Positions 10,401 to 26,627 of a DNA stretch of 64,000 bases are shown here, in pieces. Location of the stretch: assembly GCA_041303965.1 (NCBI GenBank), contig JBFYOD010000079.1, forward strand, positions 10,224 to 74,223, given 5' to 3'. Position numbers and translations under genes: made by a program. The notes under the pieces are model-generated. The model ran no database searches, was not told where the DNA came from, and worked only from the letters and a program-made list of their open reading frames with translations. This DNA is from Candidatus Aminicenantes bacterium. GTDB lineage: Bacteria; Acidobacteriota; Aminicenantia; Aminicenantales; Saccharicenantaceae. Numbering within the stretch: the stretch's first letter is position 1; every line of letters begins with the position of its first letter.

Positions 10401-11744
10401 CGACATCCTCGTCGGGAAGGTGGCCCCCAAGGGGGAAACCCAGCTCTCGCCCGAGGAGAAGCTTCTCAAGGCGATCTTCGGAGAGAAGGCCCTCGACGTC
10501 AAGGACGCCTCACTCTCCTGCTCGCCCGGCGTCGAGGGGACCATCATCGACGTCCGCATCTTCTCGCGCCGGGGCATCGAGAAGGGCCCCCGGGCCAAGG
10601 CCATCGAGAAGGACGAGATCGCCACGCTGAAGAGGAACCTCGACGACGAGATCGTCATCATGGAGGCCGAGAAATGGGAGAAGGTCCGGGCCCTTCTCAA
10701 GGGCTCGATCGTCGAGAAGACCCAGAAGCTCGGCGGCCTGACCCTCGAAAAGGGGACCAAGCTGACCGAGAAGGTCCTTGAAACCCTGGATTTCGACGAC
10801 GCGGCCAAACTCAAGCTCAGCGACGACGCGGAGCGCGACCGCGAGATCAAGGACCTCGACAAGAAGGCCAAGCGCCAGATCGAGGCTCTCCGATCCATTT
10901 TCAAGGAAAAGGTCGACAACCTGAAAAAGGGCGACGAACTCGCCCCGGGTGTCATCCAGTCGATCAAGGTCTTCATCGCCATGAAGCGGAAGCTGTCCGT
11001 GGGCGACAAGGTCTCCGGCCGGCACGGCAACAAGGGCATCATCGCCAAGATCGTACCCATGGAGGACATGCCCCGGCTGCAGGACGGGACGCCCGTCGAG
11101 ATCGTCCTCAATCCGCTCGGCGTCCCCTCCCGCATGAACGTCGGCCAGATCCTGGAGACCCACGCCGGGTGGGCCGCCCGGACCCTCGATATCTGGATGG
11201 CCACGCCGGTCTTCGACGGCGCGAGCGAGCACGAGATCAAGGCGCTGCTCAAGAGGGCCGGACTGCCGGAGAGCGGCAAGACCCCGCTCTTCGACGGCAT
11301 GGGCGGCGAGCTCATCGACCAGGAAGTGACCGTGGGCTACATCTATATGATGAAGCTCTACCACCTCGTCGACGACAAGATCCACGCCCGTTCGACCGGA
11401 CCGTACTCCCTCATCACCCAGCAGCCGCTCGGGGGCAAGGCCCAGTTCGGCGGCCAGCGGTTCGGCGAGATGGAGGTCTGGGCCCTCGAAGCCTACGGCG
11501 CGGCCTACTGCCTCCAGGAGCTCCTAACGGTCAAGTCCGACGACGTCGAAGGCCGGGCCAAGATCTACGAAGCCATCGTCAAAGGCGACCTGGAATTCAC
11601 GCCCGGTCTCCCCGAATCCGTCAACGTCCTCATCCGAGAGCTTCAGAGCCTCTGCCTGAACGTCGAGCTCGAAAAGGGGGACAAGGAAGAAGTGCTCCCT
11701 TGGGGCATCGCCGTACCCCCCCAGGCGGGCAAAGGAGGAGCTTA

Positions 11745-11745
<1 letters not shown>
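7459..11745 (+). CDS. rpoB: DNA-directed RNA polymerase subunit beta, reading frame interrupted by one in-frame TAG at 9712-9714
   Basis: ORFs 7459-9714 and 9799-11745 are in the same frame. Translation across the TAG reads [44 protein letters not shown], colinear with canonical RpoB. Stop TAA overlaps the rpoC ATG. Confidence 0.9.
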
Positions 11746-15899
<4,154 letters not shown>

Positions 15900-15933
15900 G
15901 GCCGTTCTCGAGGCGGGAAAGCCCTTAAATTTC

Positions 15934-15962
15934 TTGACAGGGAGGCCGAATTTTGTTATTAT
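15934..15962 (+). promoter_or_regulatory. sigma-70 promoter of the str operon (TTGACA-17-TATTAT)
   Basis: Read directly: TTGACA 15934-15939, 17-nt spacer, TATTAT 15957-15962. About 80 nt upstream of rpsL. Confidence 0.6.
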
Positions 15963-16041
15963 TCGTCCATTCGTCGCGGGACTATCTTCCTGGGACTGAA
16001 TAAAACTCACGTTTGAATTTTATGTAGAGGAGTATTTTTCA

Positions 16042-16431
16042 TTGCCGACCGTTAATCAACTTGTCAGAAAAGGCCGAACGCCCAAAAAATATAAGAGCAA
16101 ATCCCCGGCCCTGGACTCCTGCCCTCAGAAGAGGGGAGTCTGCACCCGGGTCTTCACGACGACGCCCAAGAAGCCGAATTCGGCCATGCGGAAAGTGGCC
16201 CGCGTCAGGCTGACCAACAACATCGAGGTCACGGGATACATCCCCGGCGTCGGCCACAACCTCCAGGAGCACTCGATCGTCATGATCCGGGGAGGCCGCA
16301 TCAAGGACCTGCCCGGCGTCCGCTACCACATCATCCGCGGCAAGCTCGACGCCGAGGGTGTGCAGAACCGCTTCAAGGCGCGTTCCCGGTACGGGGCGAA
16401 GAGGCCGAAAGAGAAACGGGCGGCCGCCTAG
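16042..16431 (+). CDS. rpsL: 30S ribosomal protein S12
   Basis: 129 aa, TTG start, [36 protein letters not shown]. Confidence 0.95.
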   Translation: MPTVNQLVRKGRTPKKYKSKSPALDSCPQKRGVCTRVFTTTPKKPNSAMRKVARVRLTNNIEVTGYIPGVGHNLQEHSIVMIRGGRIKDLPGVRYHIIRGKLDAEGVQNRFKARSRYGAKRPKEKRAAA

Positions 16432-16445
16432 ACAGGAGTATCCCC

Positions 16446-16916
16446 ATGCCGAGACGCGGAATCATCAAGAAGCGCAAGACCCCGGCCGACCCGTTCTACG
16501 GAAGCACGGTCGTCGCCCGGTTCATCAACCTCTTCCTCCGCCAGGGGAAAAAGACGACCGCCCAGAAGGTCGTCTATGGGACGATGGACATCCTCAAGGC
16601 CAAGACCAAGGAGGACCCTCTCAAGGTCCTCGAGAAGGCCCTGGAGAACATCCGGCCCTTCCTCGAGACGAAATCGCGGCGGGTCGGCGGCGCGAACTAC
16701 CAGGTCCCTATAGAAGTCTCGTCCGGCCGGTCCTACTCTCTGGGATTCCGCTGGCTGATCAAGTACGCCAAGGAGCGCGGCGGCAAGAGCATGCAGGAAA
16801 AGCTCTCCGCCGAGATCATCGATGCCATCAACAACCGCGGCGGCGCGGTCAAGAAACGAGAGGACACGCACAAGATGGCGGAAGCCAATCGGGCCTTCGC
16901 CCACTATAAATGGTAG
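16446..16916 (+). CDS. rpsG: 30S ribosomal protein S7
   Basis: 156 aa, MPRRGIIKKRK..., ends AFAHYKW. Confidence 0.97.
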   Translation: MPRRGIIKKRKTPADPFYGSTVVARFINLFLRQGKKTTAQKVVYGTMDILKAKTKEDPLKVLEKALENIRPFLETKSRRVGGANYQVPIEVSSGRSYSLGFRWLIKYAKERGGKSMQEKLSAEIIDAINNRGGAVKKREDTHKMAEANRAFAHYKW

Positions 16917-16970
16917 TCTCCATCGAAAGAGCTTATAGAGTGAACCGGGTCGATATGGAGAGACGGAAAT

Positions 16971-19070
16971 ATGCGGTCATACCCGATCGAGAGAGTACGG
17001 AACATCGGTATCATGGCCCATATCGACGCCGGGAAAACGACGACGACGGAGAGAATTCTTTTTTACACGGGTATGACCTACAAGATGGGCGAGGTGGACG
17101 ACGGGACAGCGGTGATGGATTGGATGCCGCAGGAGCAAGAGCGCGGGATCACCATCACCTCGGCCGCGACGACGTCCGCCTGGCGTGACCATCGTATCAA
17201 TATTATCGATACGCCGGGTCACGTGGATTTTACCGCGGAGGTTGAGCGCTCCTTACGAGTGCTCGACGGCGCAATAGCCATACTGTGTGGAGTTGGCGGC
17301 GTCGAACCGCAGTCCGAGACAGTGTGGCGCCAGGCCGACAAATATCGGGTGCCCCGCATCGTGTTCATCAACAAGATGGACCGGGTCGGGGCCGACCCGG
17401 AACGGGCCGTCCTGCAGTTGAGGACCCGGGTTGCGGCCAAGCCCCTGCCGATCCAGATTCCCCTGGGACGGGAAGACGGATTCCGCGGAGTGATCGACCT
17501 CATCGAACGCAAGGTGTACGACTGGGGTCAGGACATCCTCGGGACGGATTACGTCGTCCGCGAGGTCGCGGCGGAGAACCGTGAAGAAGTCGAAAAGAAG
17601 CGACAGGACATGCTGGAAATGCTGAGTGAACGCGACGACAGCCTGATGCAGAAGTATCTCGATGGTGTCGAGGTCTCTGCGCCGGAGCTGCGGAGCGCCG
17701 TCCGCCGGGCGACCCTCGCCCTGGAGGTCGTCCCGGTCCTCTACGGGGCCTCCTTCCGGAACAAGGGCGTCCACCCGCTCCTCGACGCCATCGTCGACTA
17801 CCTGCCTTCCCCGGCCGACGTCAGGCCCGTCGCGGGCCACCACCCGCGCACCCAGGCCGAAGAAACGCGGCCCGCTTCGGACGATGCTCCATTCTCCGGG
17901 CTAGTGTTCAAGATCGCGAGCGACCCCTTCCTGGGCAACTTGGCCTACTTCCGCGTCTATTCCGGGAAGGCCAAGGTCGGCCAGCCTGTGTATAATTCGA
18001 CCAAAGGCGAAGAGGAAAAGCTCTCCCGTCTCCTCGAGATGCACGCCAACAAACGCAAGGAGATCAAGGAGGTCTACGCCGGGGACATCGCCGCGATGGG
18101 CTCGACGAAGGCCATCTCCACGGGCGACACGCTCTGCCTCAAGAGCCACCCCATCGTTCTCGAGTCCATACGCTTCCCCGAGCCGGTCATCGCGGCGACG
18201 ATCGAGCCCAAGACCAACGCCGACCACCCCAAGCTCGCCGCCGCCCTGGCCAAGCTGACCCGGGAGGACCCCACCCTCAAGGTCAACCAGGACCCGATGA
18301 CCGGGCAGACCCTGCTCCGGGGAATGGGCGAGCTCCATCTCGAGATCGTCATGGATAGGATGGAACGGGAGTTCGGCGTCCGGGCCAACCTGGGAAAGCC
18401 CCAGGTCGCCTACAAGGAAACGATCCAGGCCGCAGCCGAAGGCGAGGGCAAGTACGCCCGCCAAGCCGGGGGGAAGGGCCTTTACGGGCACTGCGCGCTT
18501 CACCTCGAGCCCCTGGACCGCGGCCGAGGCTTCGAGTTCGTCGACAGGACCCGGGGCGGAGTCATCCCCCGCGAGTTCGTCATCGATGTCGAGAACGGCG
18601 TGCGGGAGGCCATGGAGGGGGGCATCGTGGCGGGATACCCGGTGACGGATCTCCGGGCGGCGCTCATCGGCGGATCGTACCACGAGGTCGATTCGACGCC
18701 CGTCGCCTACAAGATCGCGGGGACCCTGGCCTTCCGGGAGGCCGCCAGGAAGGCCGGCCCGGTCATCCTCGAGCCGGTCATGGACCTCGAGATCGTCGCT
18801 CCGGACGAATACCTGGGCGACATCGTCGGTGACATCAACGCCCGGCGGGGGAAGATCGAGGGCATGGAGATGCGCAGCGGCTCCCGGGTCATCAAGATCC
18901 GTATCCCCCTGGCCGGGATGTTCGGCTACGCGACGACGCTGAGGACCCTGACGCAGGGCCGGGGCGTGTTCGCCATGGAGTTTGCCCAGTACGACCGGAC
19001 GCCGGCCGGCGTCCAGGAAGAGATCGTCGCCCGGATCGAGGGCAGGACCCCGTTCCGGGCCAACGCATAA
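16971..19070 (+). CDS. fusA: elongation factor G
   Basis: 699 aa, [38 protein letters not shown] motifs. Confidence 0.97.
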   Translation: MRSYPIERVRNIGIMAHIDAGKTTTTERILFYTGMTYKMGEVDDGTAVMDWMPQEQERGITITSAATTSAWRDHRINIIDTPGHVDFTAEVERSLRVLDGAIAILCGVGGVEPQSETVWRQADKYRVPRIVFINKMDRVGADPERAVLQLRTRVAAKPLPIQIPLGREDGFRGVIDLIERKVYDWGQDILGTDYVVREVAAENREEVEKKRQDMLEMLSERDDSLMQKYLDGVEVSAPELRSAVRRATLALEVVPVLYGASFRNKGVHPLLDAIVDYLPSPADVRPVAGHHPRTQAEETRPASDDAPFSGLVFKIASDPFLGNLAYFRVYSGKAKVGQPVYNSTKGEEEKLSRLLEMHANKRKEIKEVYAGDIAAMGSTKAISTGDTLCLKSHPIVLESIRFPEPVIAATIEPKTNADHPKLAAALAKLTREDPTLKVNQDPMTGQTLLRGMGELHLEIVMDRMEREFGVRANLGKPQVAYKETIQAAAEGEGKYARQAGGKGLYGHCALHLEPLDRGRGFEFVDRTRGGVIPREFVIDVENGVREAMEGGIVAGYPVTDLRAALIGGSYHEVDSTPVAYKIAGTLAFREAARKAGPVILEPVMDLEIVAPDEYLGDIVGDINARRGKIEGMEMRSGSRVIKIRIPLAGMFGYATTLRTLTQGRGVFAMEFAQYDRTPAGVQEEIVARIEGRTPFRANA

Positions 19071-19111
19071 AGCGAGTCTTTTAGGAACGTAAGCCATACA
19101 GGAGGTGAGCG

Positions 19112-20314
19112 ATGGCAAAAGAAAAGTATGCGAGGACGAAACCCCATGTCAACGTCGGCACGATCGGGCACATCGATCACGGCAAGACGACGCTGACGGC
19201 CGCCATTACCATGGTTCTGGCGACCAAAGGCCTGGCTAAGGCCAAGAGCTACGACGACGTGGCCAAGGCCGACGCCAAGATGTTCCGTCGGGACGCCACG
19301 AAGATCCTGACGGTCGCTTTGAGCCACGTGGAGTACGAGAGTGAGAAACGGCACTACGCCCACATCGACTGCCCCGGTCATGCCGACTACATCAAGAACA
19401 TGATCTCGGGCGCGGCCCAGATGGACGGCGCCGTGCTCGTCGTCTCCGCGGCCGACGGCCCGATGCCCCAGACGCGGGAGCACATCCTGCTGGCCAAGCA
19501 GGTCAACGTGCCGGCGATCGTCGTCTTCATGAACAAGTGCGACCTCGTCGATGACCCCGAGATCCTGGACCTCGTCGAGCTCGAAGTACGCGAGCTCCTC
19601 TCGAAGTACGATTTCCCCGGGGACAAGCTGCCGGTCATCCGCGGCAGCGCGACGAAGGCCATCGCCGACCTCAACGGCGAAGGCGCCAAGCCCATTTGGG
19701 ACCTGGTCAAGGCCATGGACGATTTCATCCCCGAGCCCCTTCGCGAGGTCGACAAGCCCTTCCAGATGGCCATCGAGGACGTCTTCTCGATCACCGGCCG
19801 CGGCACGGTCGTGACGGGCCGTGTCGAGCGCGGCGTCGTCAAGGTCGGCGACGAGTGCGAGATCATCGGGTTGCGCGAGACGCGCAAGACCGTCGTGACG
19901 GGCGTCGAGATGTTCCGCAAGCTCCTCGACCAGGCCCAGGCCGGCGACAACATCGGGGCCCTGCTCCGCGGCGTCGGCAAGGACGAGGTCGAACGCGGCC
20001 AGGTCCTGGCCAAGCCCGGATCGATCACCCCGCACCGGAAGTTCCGGGCCCAGATCGTCGCCCTGACCAAGGAAGAGGGCGGCCGGCACACGCCGTTCTT
20101 CAAGGGCTACCGGCCCCAGTTCTACTTCCGGACGACCGACGTGACGGGCTCCGTGAAACTCCCCGACAATGTCGAGATGGTCATGCCCGGCGACAGCATC
20201 AACCTCGAGATCGAGCTGATCACCGACGTCGCCATGGAAAAGGCCCTGCGCTTCGCCATCCGCGAGGGCGGCCGGACGGTCGGCGCCGGAACGGTCACCG
20301 ACATCATCGAGTAG
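19112..20314 (+). CDS. tuf: elongation factor Tu (atypical switch-I segment)
   Basis: 400 aa, [22 protein letters not shown] and C-terminal domains are canonical. Residues about 47-70 deviate from the canonical ...APEE.ARGITI... loop. Confidence 0.93.
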   Translation: MAKEKYARTKPHVNVGTIGHIDHGKTTLTAAITMVLATKGLAKAKSYDDVAKADAKMFRRDATKILTVALSHVEYESEKRHYAHIDCPGHADYIKNMISGAAQMDGAVLVVSAADGPMPQTREHILLAKQVNVPAIVVFMNKCDLVDDPEILDLVELEVRELLSKYDFPGDKLPVIRGSATKAIADLNGEGAKPIWDLVKAMDDFIPEPLREVDKPFQMAIEDVFSITGRGTVVTGRVERGVVKVGDECEIIGLRETRKTVVTGVEMFRKLLDQAQAGDNIGALLRGVGKDEVERGQVLAKPGSITPHRKFRAQIVALTKEEGGRHTPFFKGYRPQFYFRTTDVTGSVKLPDNVEMVMPGDSINLEIELITDVAMEKALRFAIREGGRTVGAGTVTDIIE

Positions 20315-20386
20315 CGGCGGCCGCCGCCGAGGCTCCGCCGGGCCCGACGGCCCGGGAGAGGAATTCGGAGAACAGAGGAACGAACG

Positions 20387-20704
20387 ATGGAAAAAATCAG
20401 AATCCGTTTAAAGTCCTTCGACCACCGCCTGCTGGACCAATCCGTGAAGGATATCGTCGTGAAGGCGAAACGCTCGGGCGCCAGTGTCGCGGGCCCCATC
20501 CCCCTGCCGACGCGCATCCACAAGTTCTGCGTCCTCCGTTCTCCGCACGTCGACAAGAAGTCGCGTGAGCATTTCGAGATGCGGATCCACAAGCGGCTCA
20601 TCGACATCAGCGAATACAACAACGAGACGATCGAGGAGCTCCAGAAGCTGGACCTGCCGGCCGGGATCGACGTCGAGATCCAGGCCTACGGAGCGGGAGA
20701 GTGA
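20387..20704 (+). CDS. rpsJ: 30S ribosomal protein S10
   Basis: 105 aa, [16 protein letters not shown] motif. Confidence 0.97.
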   Translation: MEKIRIRLKSFDHRLLDQSVKDIVVKAKRSGASVAGPIPLPTRIHKFCVLRSPHVDKKSREHFEMRIHKRLIDISEYNNETIEELQKLDLPAGIDVEIQAYGAGE

Positions 20705-20706
20705 CC

Positions 20707-21354
20707 ATGATCGAAGGATTGATCGGCAAGAAGATCGGCATGACCCAGCAGTTCGACGACGCCGGCAACGTCATTCCCGTCACCATCCTCAAGGCCGGGC
20801 CTTGCACGGTCATCCAGAAGAAGACCGTCGAGAAGGACGGTTACGTCGCGGTCCAGCTCGGGTTCGTCGAGGAGCGTGGCGTCCGCAGGCCGGGGAAGCC
20901 CCAGGTCGGCCATTTCAAGAAATCAGGCGTCCCGGTCGTCAAGAAGCTCCAGGAAGTCGGCTGCAGCGACCCCGCCGCGGTCACGGAAGGCGACCAGGTC
21001 CTCGTCGACATCTTCGAGGTCGGCGAGACGATCCATGTCGTCGGAACGAGCAAGGGCAAAGGTTTCGCTGGCGTCGTCAAGAGGCACCATTTCGCCGGTG
21101 GCGACGCCTCCCACGGTTCCATGTTCCACCGGGCGCCCGGTTCGATCGGGGCCTCGTCCTACCCCTCGCGCGTCGTCAAGGGCATGCGCATGGGCGGCCA
21201 CATGGGCGATGAACGGATCACCGTCCGGAAGCTCAAGGTCGTGGCCACGGACAAGGACAACAACCTCCTGCTGGTCAAGGGCGCGGTGCCCGGAGCCAAG
21301 GGGGGATACGTCCTGATCAAGAAAGGGACGTTCGTTTCCCCGCGGGCGAAGTGA
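20707..21354 (+). CDS. rplC: 50S ribosomal protein L3
   Basis: [16 protein letters not shown]... ATG at 20707; alternative GTG at 20701. Confidence 0.95.
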   Translation: MIEGLIGKKIGMTQQFDDAGNVIPVTILKAGPCTVIQKKTVEKDGYVAVQLGFVEERGVRRPGKPQVGHFKKSGVPVVKKLQEVGCSDPAAVTEGDQVLVDIFEVGETIHVVGTSKGKGFAGVVKRHHFAGGDASHGSMFHRAPGSIGASSYPSRVVKGMRMGGHMGDERITVRKLKVVATDKDNNLLLVKGAVPGAKGGYVLIKKGTFVSPRAK

Positions 21355-21371
21355 ACGGATAAGAGGTCACC

Positions 21372-21992
21372 ATGGAGAAACTCGATATCATCGACAGAGG
21401 CGGCCAGTTGGCCGCCCAGGTGGACCTGCCGGAGAGCATCTTCTCCCAAGCCGCGAACGACCACCTGATCTACGAGGCCGTCGTCAACTACCGGGCCAAC
21501 CAGCGCCAGGGAAATGCGGCGACGAAAACCCGGGCCTTCGTCAGCGGCGGCGGCAAGAAGCCCTGGCGGCAGAAGGGGACCGGCCGGGCCCGCGTCGGCA
21601 GCACCCGCTCACCTCTCTGGAAAAAGGGCGGCACGGTCTTCGGCCCCCATCCCCGCGATTACTCCTACGAGCTGCCGAAGAAGGCCAAGCGGAGCGCCCT
21701 CCGCGCCGCCCTGGCCGGAAAGCACGCCTCTGGGGAGCTCGTCGTCGTCAGCGAATTCGAGGTCAAGGAACCCAAGACTCGGGAGGCCGTCGCCCTGCTC
21801 AAGGCGTTCAAGCTCGACTCGGCCCTGCTCGTCGACCTTCACGACAACGCGAACCTGTTCCTGGCGATCCGGAACCTGCCCCGGGTCAAGGCGGTCGACG
21901 TCTCCGGCCTTAACATCTACGACGTCCTCGCCCACAGGCGGCTGGTCTTCAGCCGCAGGGCGTTCGAGGCCGTCCTGGAGAAATTGAAGTGA
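21372..21992 (+). CDS. rplD: 50S ribosomal protein L4
   Basis: 206 aa, GGGKKPWRQKGTGRAR motif. Confidence 0.96.
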   Translation: MEKLDIIDRGGQLAAQVDLPESIFSQAANDHLIYEAVVNYRANQRQGNAATKTRAFVSGGGKKPWRQKGTGRARVGSTRSPLWKKGGTVFGPHPRDYSYELPKKAKRSALRAALAGKHASGELVVVSEFEVKEPKTREAVALLKAFKLDSALLVDLHDNANLFLAIRNLPRVKAVDVSGLNIYDVLAHRRLVFSRRAFEAVLEKLK

Positions 21993-22285
21993 TCAAAGAC
22001 CCCCATAAAATCATCATCCGTCCGGTCATCACGGAAAAGACGACCCAGCTCAAGGGAACGAGCGGGGTCATCTGCTTCGAGGTCGCCAAGCGCGCCAACA
22101 AGATCGAGATCAAGAGCGCCATCGAGCTGCTGTTCAAGACCAAGGTGGCCGAGGTCAGGACCCAGACGAAGATAGGCAAGGTCCGCCGTGTCGGCCGGAA
22201 CATGGGCAAGACGAAAGACTGGAAGAAGGCCTACGTCCGGCTCCAGGAAGGCGAGAAGCCGATCGAATACTTCGAGGCGGTATAA
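21989..22285 (+). CDS. rplW: 50S ribosomal protein L23
   Basis: 98 aa, GTG start overlapping the rplD stop, [10 protein letters not shown] motif. Confidence 0.95.
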   Translation: MIKDPHKIIIRPVITEKTTQLKGTSGVICFEVAKRANKIEIKSAIELLFKTKVAEVRTQTKIGKVRRVGRNMGKTKDWKKAYVRLQEGEKPIEYFEAV

Positions 22286-22286
22286 C

Positions 22287-23114
22287 ATGGCTATTAAAAC
22301 CTATAGGCCAGTGACACCCGGCTTGCGCCACAGGACGGGCAACCGGTTCGAAGAGCTGAGCGGGGATGGTCCCTACAAGCCCCTGCTCGTGTCCCTGCCC
22401 AAGTCCGGCGGCCGCGACAGCCGCGGGCACCTGTCCATGCGGAACAGGGGAGGCGGTCACAAGAGGCTCTACCGGGTCATCGATTTTAAAAGGGACAAGA
22501 TCGACATCCCGGGCACCGTGGAGACCGTCGAATACGACCCCAACCGGTCGTCCTTCATCTCCCTCGTGAAGTACCGGGACGGCGAGAGGCGCTACATCAT
22601 CTATCCCGTCGGGCTGCAGGTCGGGCAGGCGGTCGTTTCGACCGACCGTCAGGCCGACATCCTGCCGGGCAACGCCATGCCCCTGCGCTTCATCCCGCTC
22701 GGAACGGTCATCCACAACATCGAGCTCCGGAAGGACAAGGGCGGCCAGGTCGCCAAATCCGCCGGGGCCGGCGCCCAGATCCTGGCCAAGGAAGGAGACT
22801 ACGCCCAGGTCCGGATGCCGTCGTCCGAGATCCGGAAGGTCCACCTCGACTGCCGGGCGACGATCGGCCAGATCGGCAACCTCGACCATTCCAACATCAG
22901 CATCGGCAAGGCCGGCCGGAGCCGCTGGAAAGGCATCCGGCCCCACGTCCGCGGCACGGCCATGAACCCGGTCGACCATCCGCACGGCGGAGGCGAAGGC
23001 CGCTCCAAGGGCGGCCGCCATCCGGTGAGCCCGGAGGGCATCCCGACCAAGGGCTACAAGACGCGGCAGAACAAGCGCACGCAGTCCTTCATCATCCGGC
23101 GGAGGAGCAAGTAA
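22287..23114 (+). CDS. rplB: 50S ribosomal protein L2
   Basis: Internal ATG 22287: [15 protein letters not shown].., [32 protein letters not shown]. Confidence 0.96.
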   Translation: MAIKTYRPVTPGLRHRTGNRFEELSGDGPYKPLLVSLPKSGGRDSRGHLSMRNRGGGHKRLYRVIDFKRDKIDIPGTVETVEYDPNRSSFISLVKYRDGERRYIIYPVGLQVGQAVVSTDRQADILPGNAMPLRFIPLGTVIHNIELRKDKGGQVAKSAGAGAQILAKEGDYAQVRMPSSEIRKVHLDCRATIGQIGNLDHSNISIGKAGRSRWKGIRPHVRGTAMNPVDHPHGGGEGRSKGGRHPVSPEGIPTKGYKTRQNKRTQSFIIRRRSK

Positions 23115-23116
23115 CC

Positions 23117-23410
23117 ATGAGCAGATCATTGAAGAAGGGCCCGTTCATCGACGGCCACCTCCTGGAAAAGGTCCAGGCCCTGGCGACGCCCGCCGGCAAG
23201 CGCCAGGTCATCAAGACCTGGTCCCGCCGGTCCACGATCATTCCCGAAATGGTCAGCATGACCATCGGCGTCCACAACGGCCGGAAGTTCATCCCGGTCT
23301 TCGTCACCGAGAACATGGTCGGGCACAAGCTCGGGGAGTTCTCCCCGACCCGTTATTTCAAGGGGCACACGTCCAAGACCGCCAAACAACTCAAGGTAGG
23401 GAAGACATGA
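23117..23410 (+). CDS. rpsS: 30S ribosomal protein S19
   Basis: 97 aa, [20 protein letters not shown]. Confidence 0.97.
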   Translation: MSRSLKKGPFIDGHLLEKVQALATPAGKRQVIKTWSRRSTIIPEMVSMTIGVHNGRKFIPVFVTENMVGHKLGEFSPTRYFKGHTSKTAKQLKVGKT

Positions 23411-23766
23411 ACGGGTCCAAACCGCTGTCCCATGCCGTCGCCCGGTACATCCGGATGAGCCCCCAGAAAGGCCGCCTCGTGGCCGACCTCATCCGGGACC
23501 GGCTCGCCGGAGAGGCCCTGACCATCCTCCGCTTCAGCGACAAGAAAAAGATCGCCGCCATACTGCAGAAGGTCCTCCGCTCGGCCATCGCCAACGCCCA
23601 GCAGAAGTCGCCGAACGTCGACGTCGACAACCTCTATATCTCGCGGATCCAGATCAACTGCGGCCCCGTGGCCAAGCGGATCCGCCCGGCGCCCATGGGT
23701 CGGGCTTACCGCGTCCAGAAGCGGACGAGCCATGTGCATATCTATCTCGACGAAAAAGGGAGATGA
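23407..23766 (+). CDS. rplV: 50S ribosomal protein L22
   Basis: 119 aa, [15 protein letters not shown] motif. Confidence 0.96.
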   Translation: MNGSKPLSHAVARYIRMSPQKGRLVADLIRDRLAGEALTILRFSDKKKIAAILQKVLRSAIANAQQKSPNVDVDNLYISRIQINCGPVAKRIRPAPMGRAYRVQKRTSHVHIYLDEKGR

Positions 23767-23769
23767 GAC

Positions 23770-24438
23770 GTGGGACAGAAAACGCATCCATACGGGTTTC
23801 GGCTCGGCTTCAACAAGCAGTGGACGTCCCGCTGGTTCGCCAAGGGCCCGGACTACCCCCGGCTCATCCATGAGGACCTGCGGATGAAGAAGGCCATCAA
23901 GGAGAAGTACTTCCACGCCGGCATCGCCGAGGTCGACGTCGAGCGCATCGGTCCGAAGATCCGCGTCATCATCCACACGGCCCGGCCGGGGATCATCATC
24001 GGCCGCGGCGGCAAGGAGATCGAGAGCCTCAAGGCCTTCCTGGAGACGATCGCCAAGAGGGATGTCTACGTCGACATCCGCGAGGTCGACCGGCCCGAGC
24101 TCAACGCCCTCCTCATCGGCGAGAGCATCGCCGTCCAGCTCGAGAAGCGGATCGCCTACCGCCGGGCCATGCGGAAGGCCGTGGAATTCGCCCTCAAGAT
24201 GGGGGCCAAGGGCATCAAGGTCATGTGCGCCGGCCGTCTCGGCGGCGTGGAGATCGCCCGCTCGGAGTGGTACCTGAGGGGGCGGCTCCCCTTGCAGACC
24301 CTGCGGGCGGACATCGACTTCGCCCGGACCGAGGCTTTCACGACCTACGGCCAGATCGGTATCAAGGTCTGGGTCTACAGGGGTGACGTCGAGAAGCCCA
24401 AAATGACCTCCCAGATGGCCGAGGTCGAGGAGATCTAG
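23770..24438 (+). CDS. rpsC: 30S ribosomal protein S3
   Basis: 222 aa, GTG start, [14 protein letters not shown] domain. Confidence 0.96.
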   Translation: MGQKTHPYGFRLGFNKQWTSRWFAKGPDYPRLIHEDLRMKKAIKEKYFHAGIAEVDVERIGPKIRVIIHTARPGIIIGRGGKEIESLKAFLETIAKRDVYVDIREVDRPELNALLIGESIAVQLEKRIAYRRAMRKAVEFALKMGAKGIKVMCAGRLGGVEIARSEWYLRGRLPLQTLRADIDFARTEAFTTYGQIGIKVWVYRGDVEKPKMTSQMAEVEEI

Positions 24439-24440
24439 CC

Positions 24441-24863
24441 ATGTTGATGCCCGCGAAAGTCAAATTCCGCAAGCAGCAGCGCGGCCGCATGCGGGGCAAG
24501 GCCCTTCGGGGCGGCACGCTGACATTCGGAGAGTTCGGCCTGCAGGCCCTCGAGCCCGGTTGGCTGTCTTCGCGTCAGATCGAGGCCGGCCGTATCACCA
24601 TCTCCCGGCACATGAAGAGGAAGGGCAAGCTGTGGATCAGGACCTTCCCCTGGAAATCGGTCACCAAGAAACCGACCGAGGTCCGCATGGGTAAGGGCAA
24701 GGGCGACCCCGAGTTCTGGGTCGACGTCATCCGCCCGGGCAAGATCCTCTTCGAGCTCGAAGGGGTCACTCTCGAGGATGCCAAGGAGGCCATGCGCCTG
24801 GCCGGTCACAAGCTGCCCATCAAGACGCGTTTCATCTCCCGGGAAGCGAGAGAGCTCAGATGA
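24441..24863 (+). CDS. rplP: 50S ribosomal protein L16
   Basis: 140 aa, [19 protein letters not shown]. Confidence 0.96.
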   Translation: MLMPAKVKFRKQQRGRMRGKALRGGTLTFGEFGLQALEPGWLSSRQIEAGRITISRHMKRKGKLWIRTFPWKSVTKKPTEVRMGKGKGDPEFWVDVIRPGKILFELEGVTLEDAKEAMRLAGHKLPIKTRFISREARELR

Positions 24864-25057
24864 AGATCAAAGAAATGAAAGAGATGACGGCGGACGAGCT
24901 GAAGCACAGGGAAACGGAGCTCATCGACCAGCTCTTCAAGCTCCAGTTCCAGAAGTCCCTGGGGCAGCTGGAGAGCCCGATGAAGATCAAGAACATCAAG
25001 CACGACATCGCCCGCATCAAGACGCTCTTGAACCAAACGCCGAAGGCAACGGAGTAG
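24860..25057 (+). CDS. rpmC: 50S ribosomal protein L29
   Basis: 65 aa, position and sequence ([19 protein letters not shown]). Confidence 0.93.
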   Translation: MKIKEMKEMTADELKHRETELIDQLFKLQFQKSLGQLESPMKIKNIKHDIARIKTLLNQTPKATE

Positions 25058-25060
25058 AGC

Positions 25061-25363
25061 ATGGATACTATGGGACAGAAGCGGAAGACGACCAAGGTCG
25101 GGAAGGTCGTCGCCAAGAAGATGAAGAAGACGGTTACGGTCCAAGTGGAACGACAGATCCGTCACCCTCTCTACAAGAAGATCATCCGGAGGAAGCAGAC
25201 GTTCCTCGTCCACGACGAGACCGAGAAGTGCATTCTCGGCGACGTCGTCCGGATCGTCGAGACGCGGCCGATCAGCAAGACGAAGCGTTGGCGCGTCCTG
25301 GAGATCATCGGCCAGACGCCGGCCGCGACGGCGTCCGAGATCGTTAGCGGAGAGTTGAAATGA
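25061..25363 (+). CDS. rpsQ: 30S ribosomal protein S17
   Basis: 100 aa, [24 protein letters not shown]. Confidence 0.95.
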   Translation: MDTMGQKRKTTKVGKVVAKKMKKTVTVQVERQIRHPLYKKIIRRKQTFLVHDETEKCILGDVVRIVETRPISKTKRWRVLEIIGQTPAATASEIVSGELK

Positions 25364-25728
25364 TCCAGATGAACACAATGCTCAAGGTCGCCGACAACTC
25401 CGGCGCCCGGCGCATCATGGCGATTACGCCGCTCGGCGGCAGCGTCGGCCGGATCGCCCGGATCGGGGACGTCATCTCCGCGACCGTTAAGGAAGCCGCA
25501 CCGGAGAGCAAGGTCCGGAAGGGCACGGTCATCCGGGCGGTCGTCGTCCGCACCCGCAAGGAGCTGCGCCGCAAGGACGGGTCCTACATCCGGTTCGAGG
25601 ACAACGCCGCGGTGATCATCGACAAGGCGGGAGAGCCCGTGGGGACGCGCGTGTTCGGCCCCGTGGGGCGCGAACTCCGGGAACGGAAGTTCATGAAGAT
25701 CATCTCCCTTGCCCCCGAGGTCCTGTGA
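25360..25728 (+). CDS. rplN: 50S ribosomal protein L14
   Basis: 122 aa, [17 protein letters not shown]. Confidence 0.97.
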   Translation: MIQMNTMLKVADNSGARRIMAITPLGGSVGRIARIGDVISATVKEAAPESKVRKGTVIRAVVVRTRKELRRKDGSYIRFEDNAAVIIDKAGEPVGTRVFGPVGRELRERKFMKIISLAPEVL

Positions 25729-26060
25729 TGCCTAAGATCCAGCTCAGAAAGAACGATCTCGTCGTCGTCATCCGCGGCAAGGACAAGGGGAAAACGGGCA
25801 AGGTCCTGATGCTTTTCCCCGAGACCAACCGGGTCATCGTCGAGAGGATCAATTTCAGCAAGCACTTCGTCAAGGCCGACCGCAGCCGGAACGTCCAGGG
25901 CGGGGTCATGGAGAAGGAGGCCCCGATCGCGGTGTCCAACGTCATGATCTACTGCCCGGAGTGCGCGCAGGGCGTGCGCCCCCGGAGCCGGAGGCTCGAG
26001 GACGGCAGCAAGATCCGGCTCTGCCACCGGTGCGAGACGATGATCGAGAAGCAGAAGTGA
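25728..26060 (+). CDS. rplX: 50S ribosomal protein L24 (with C-terminal CxxC...CxxC)
   Basis: ATG 25728 overlapping the rplN TGA. KOW motif [19 protein letters not shown]...CHRC near the C-terminus. Confidence 0.94.
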   Translation: MPKIQLRKNDLVVVIRGKDKGKTGKVLMLFPETNRVIVERINFSKHFVKADRSRNVQGGVMEKEAPIAVSNVMIYCPECAQGVRPRSRRLEDGSKIRLCHRCETMIEKQK

Positions 26061-26070
26061 GGATGCCCCA

Positions 26071-26613
26071 ATGAGCCGCTTATATGACAGGTACCGGAAA
26101 GACGTGGTCCCCGAGCTCCAGAAGGAGCTCGGCATCACGAACATCATGGCCGTGCCCCGCATGGACAAGATCATCGTCAACGTCGGCGTCGGCGACGCCA
26201 TCCAGAACATCAAGCTCCTGGACACGGCCAAGGCCGAGCTGGCCCTGATCACCGGCCAGCTCCCGGGCATCGGGCGGGCCAAGAAATCGATCTCGTCCTT
26301 CAAGCTGAGGAAGGGCCAGCCCATTGCCTGCTACGTCACCCTCCGGAACCGGAGAATGTACGAATTCTTCGACCGGCTGGTCAACATCGTCCTGCCGCGG
26401 GTCCGGGACTTCCGCGGCGTCCCGGCCACGTCCTTCGACAGCCGGGGCAACTACACCCTGGGGATGCGCGACCAGCTCGTGTTCCCCGAGATCGATTACA
26501 CCAAGGTCGAGCGGCCGCGGGGGATGAACATCACCATCGTCACGACGGCCAGGACGGACAAGGAAGCCCGAGCTCTCCTCAAGAAGCTGGGCATGCCTTT
26601 CCGGGAAGCCTGA
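26071..26613 (+). CDS. rplE: 50S ribosomal protein L5
   Basis: 180 aa, typical L5 sequence and position. Confidence 0.96.
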   Translation: MSRLYDRYRKDVVPELQKELGITNIMAVPRMDKIIVNVGVGDAIQNIKLLDTAKAELALITGQLPGIGRAKKSISSFKLRKGQPIACYVTLRNRRMYEFFDRLVNIVLPRVRDFRGVPATSFDSRGNYTLGMRDQLVFPEIDYTKVERPRGMNITIVTTARTDKEARALLKKLGMPFREA

Positions 26614-26627
26614 GAAGCGAGGTCAAC

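Noticed and set aside
11169-11744. N-terminal extensions of ORF-track entries (rpoC from 11169, nusG from 4413, secE from 4444, rplB from 22188, adk from 29899, rpsD from 33187, infA from 32191, larC from 55585, trpB2 from 61806, guaD from 63001, cca from 47591)
   Set aside because: The extensions overlap the preceding genes or tRNAs and encode Arg/Pro-rich junk. Internal starts reproduce canonical N-termini and typical ATGA/TAATG coupling.
20330-20360. GC hairpin CCGGGCC-CGAC-GGCCCGG between tuf and rpsJ as a terminator or S10-leader attenuator
   Set aside because: No U tract follows it, and there is too little sequence context to call an L4-responsive leader. It is left unannotated.
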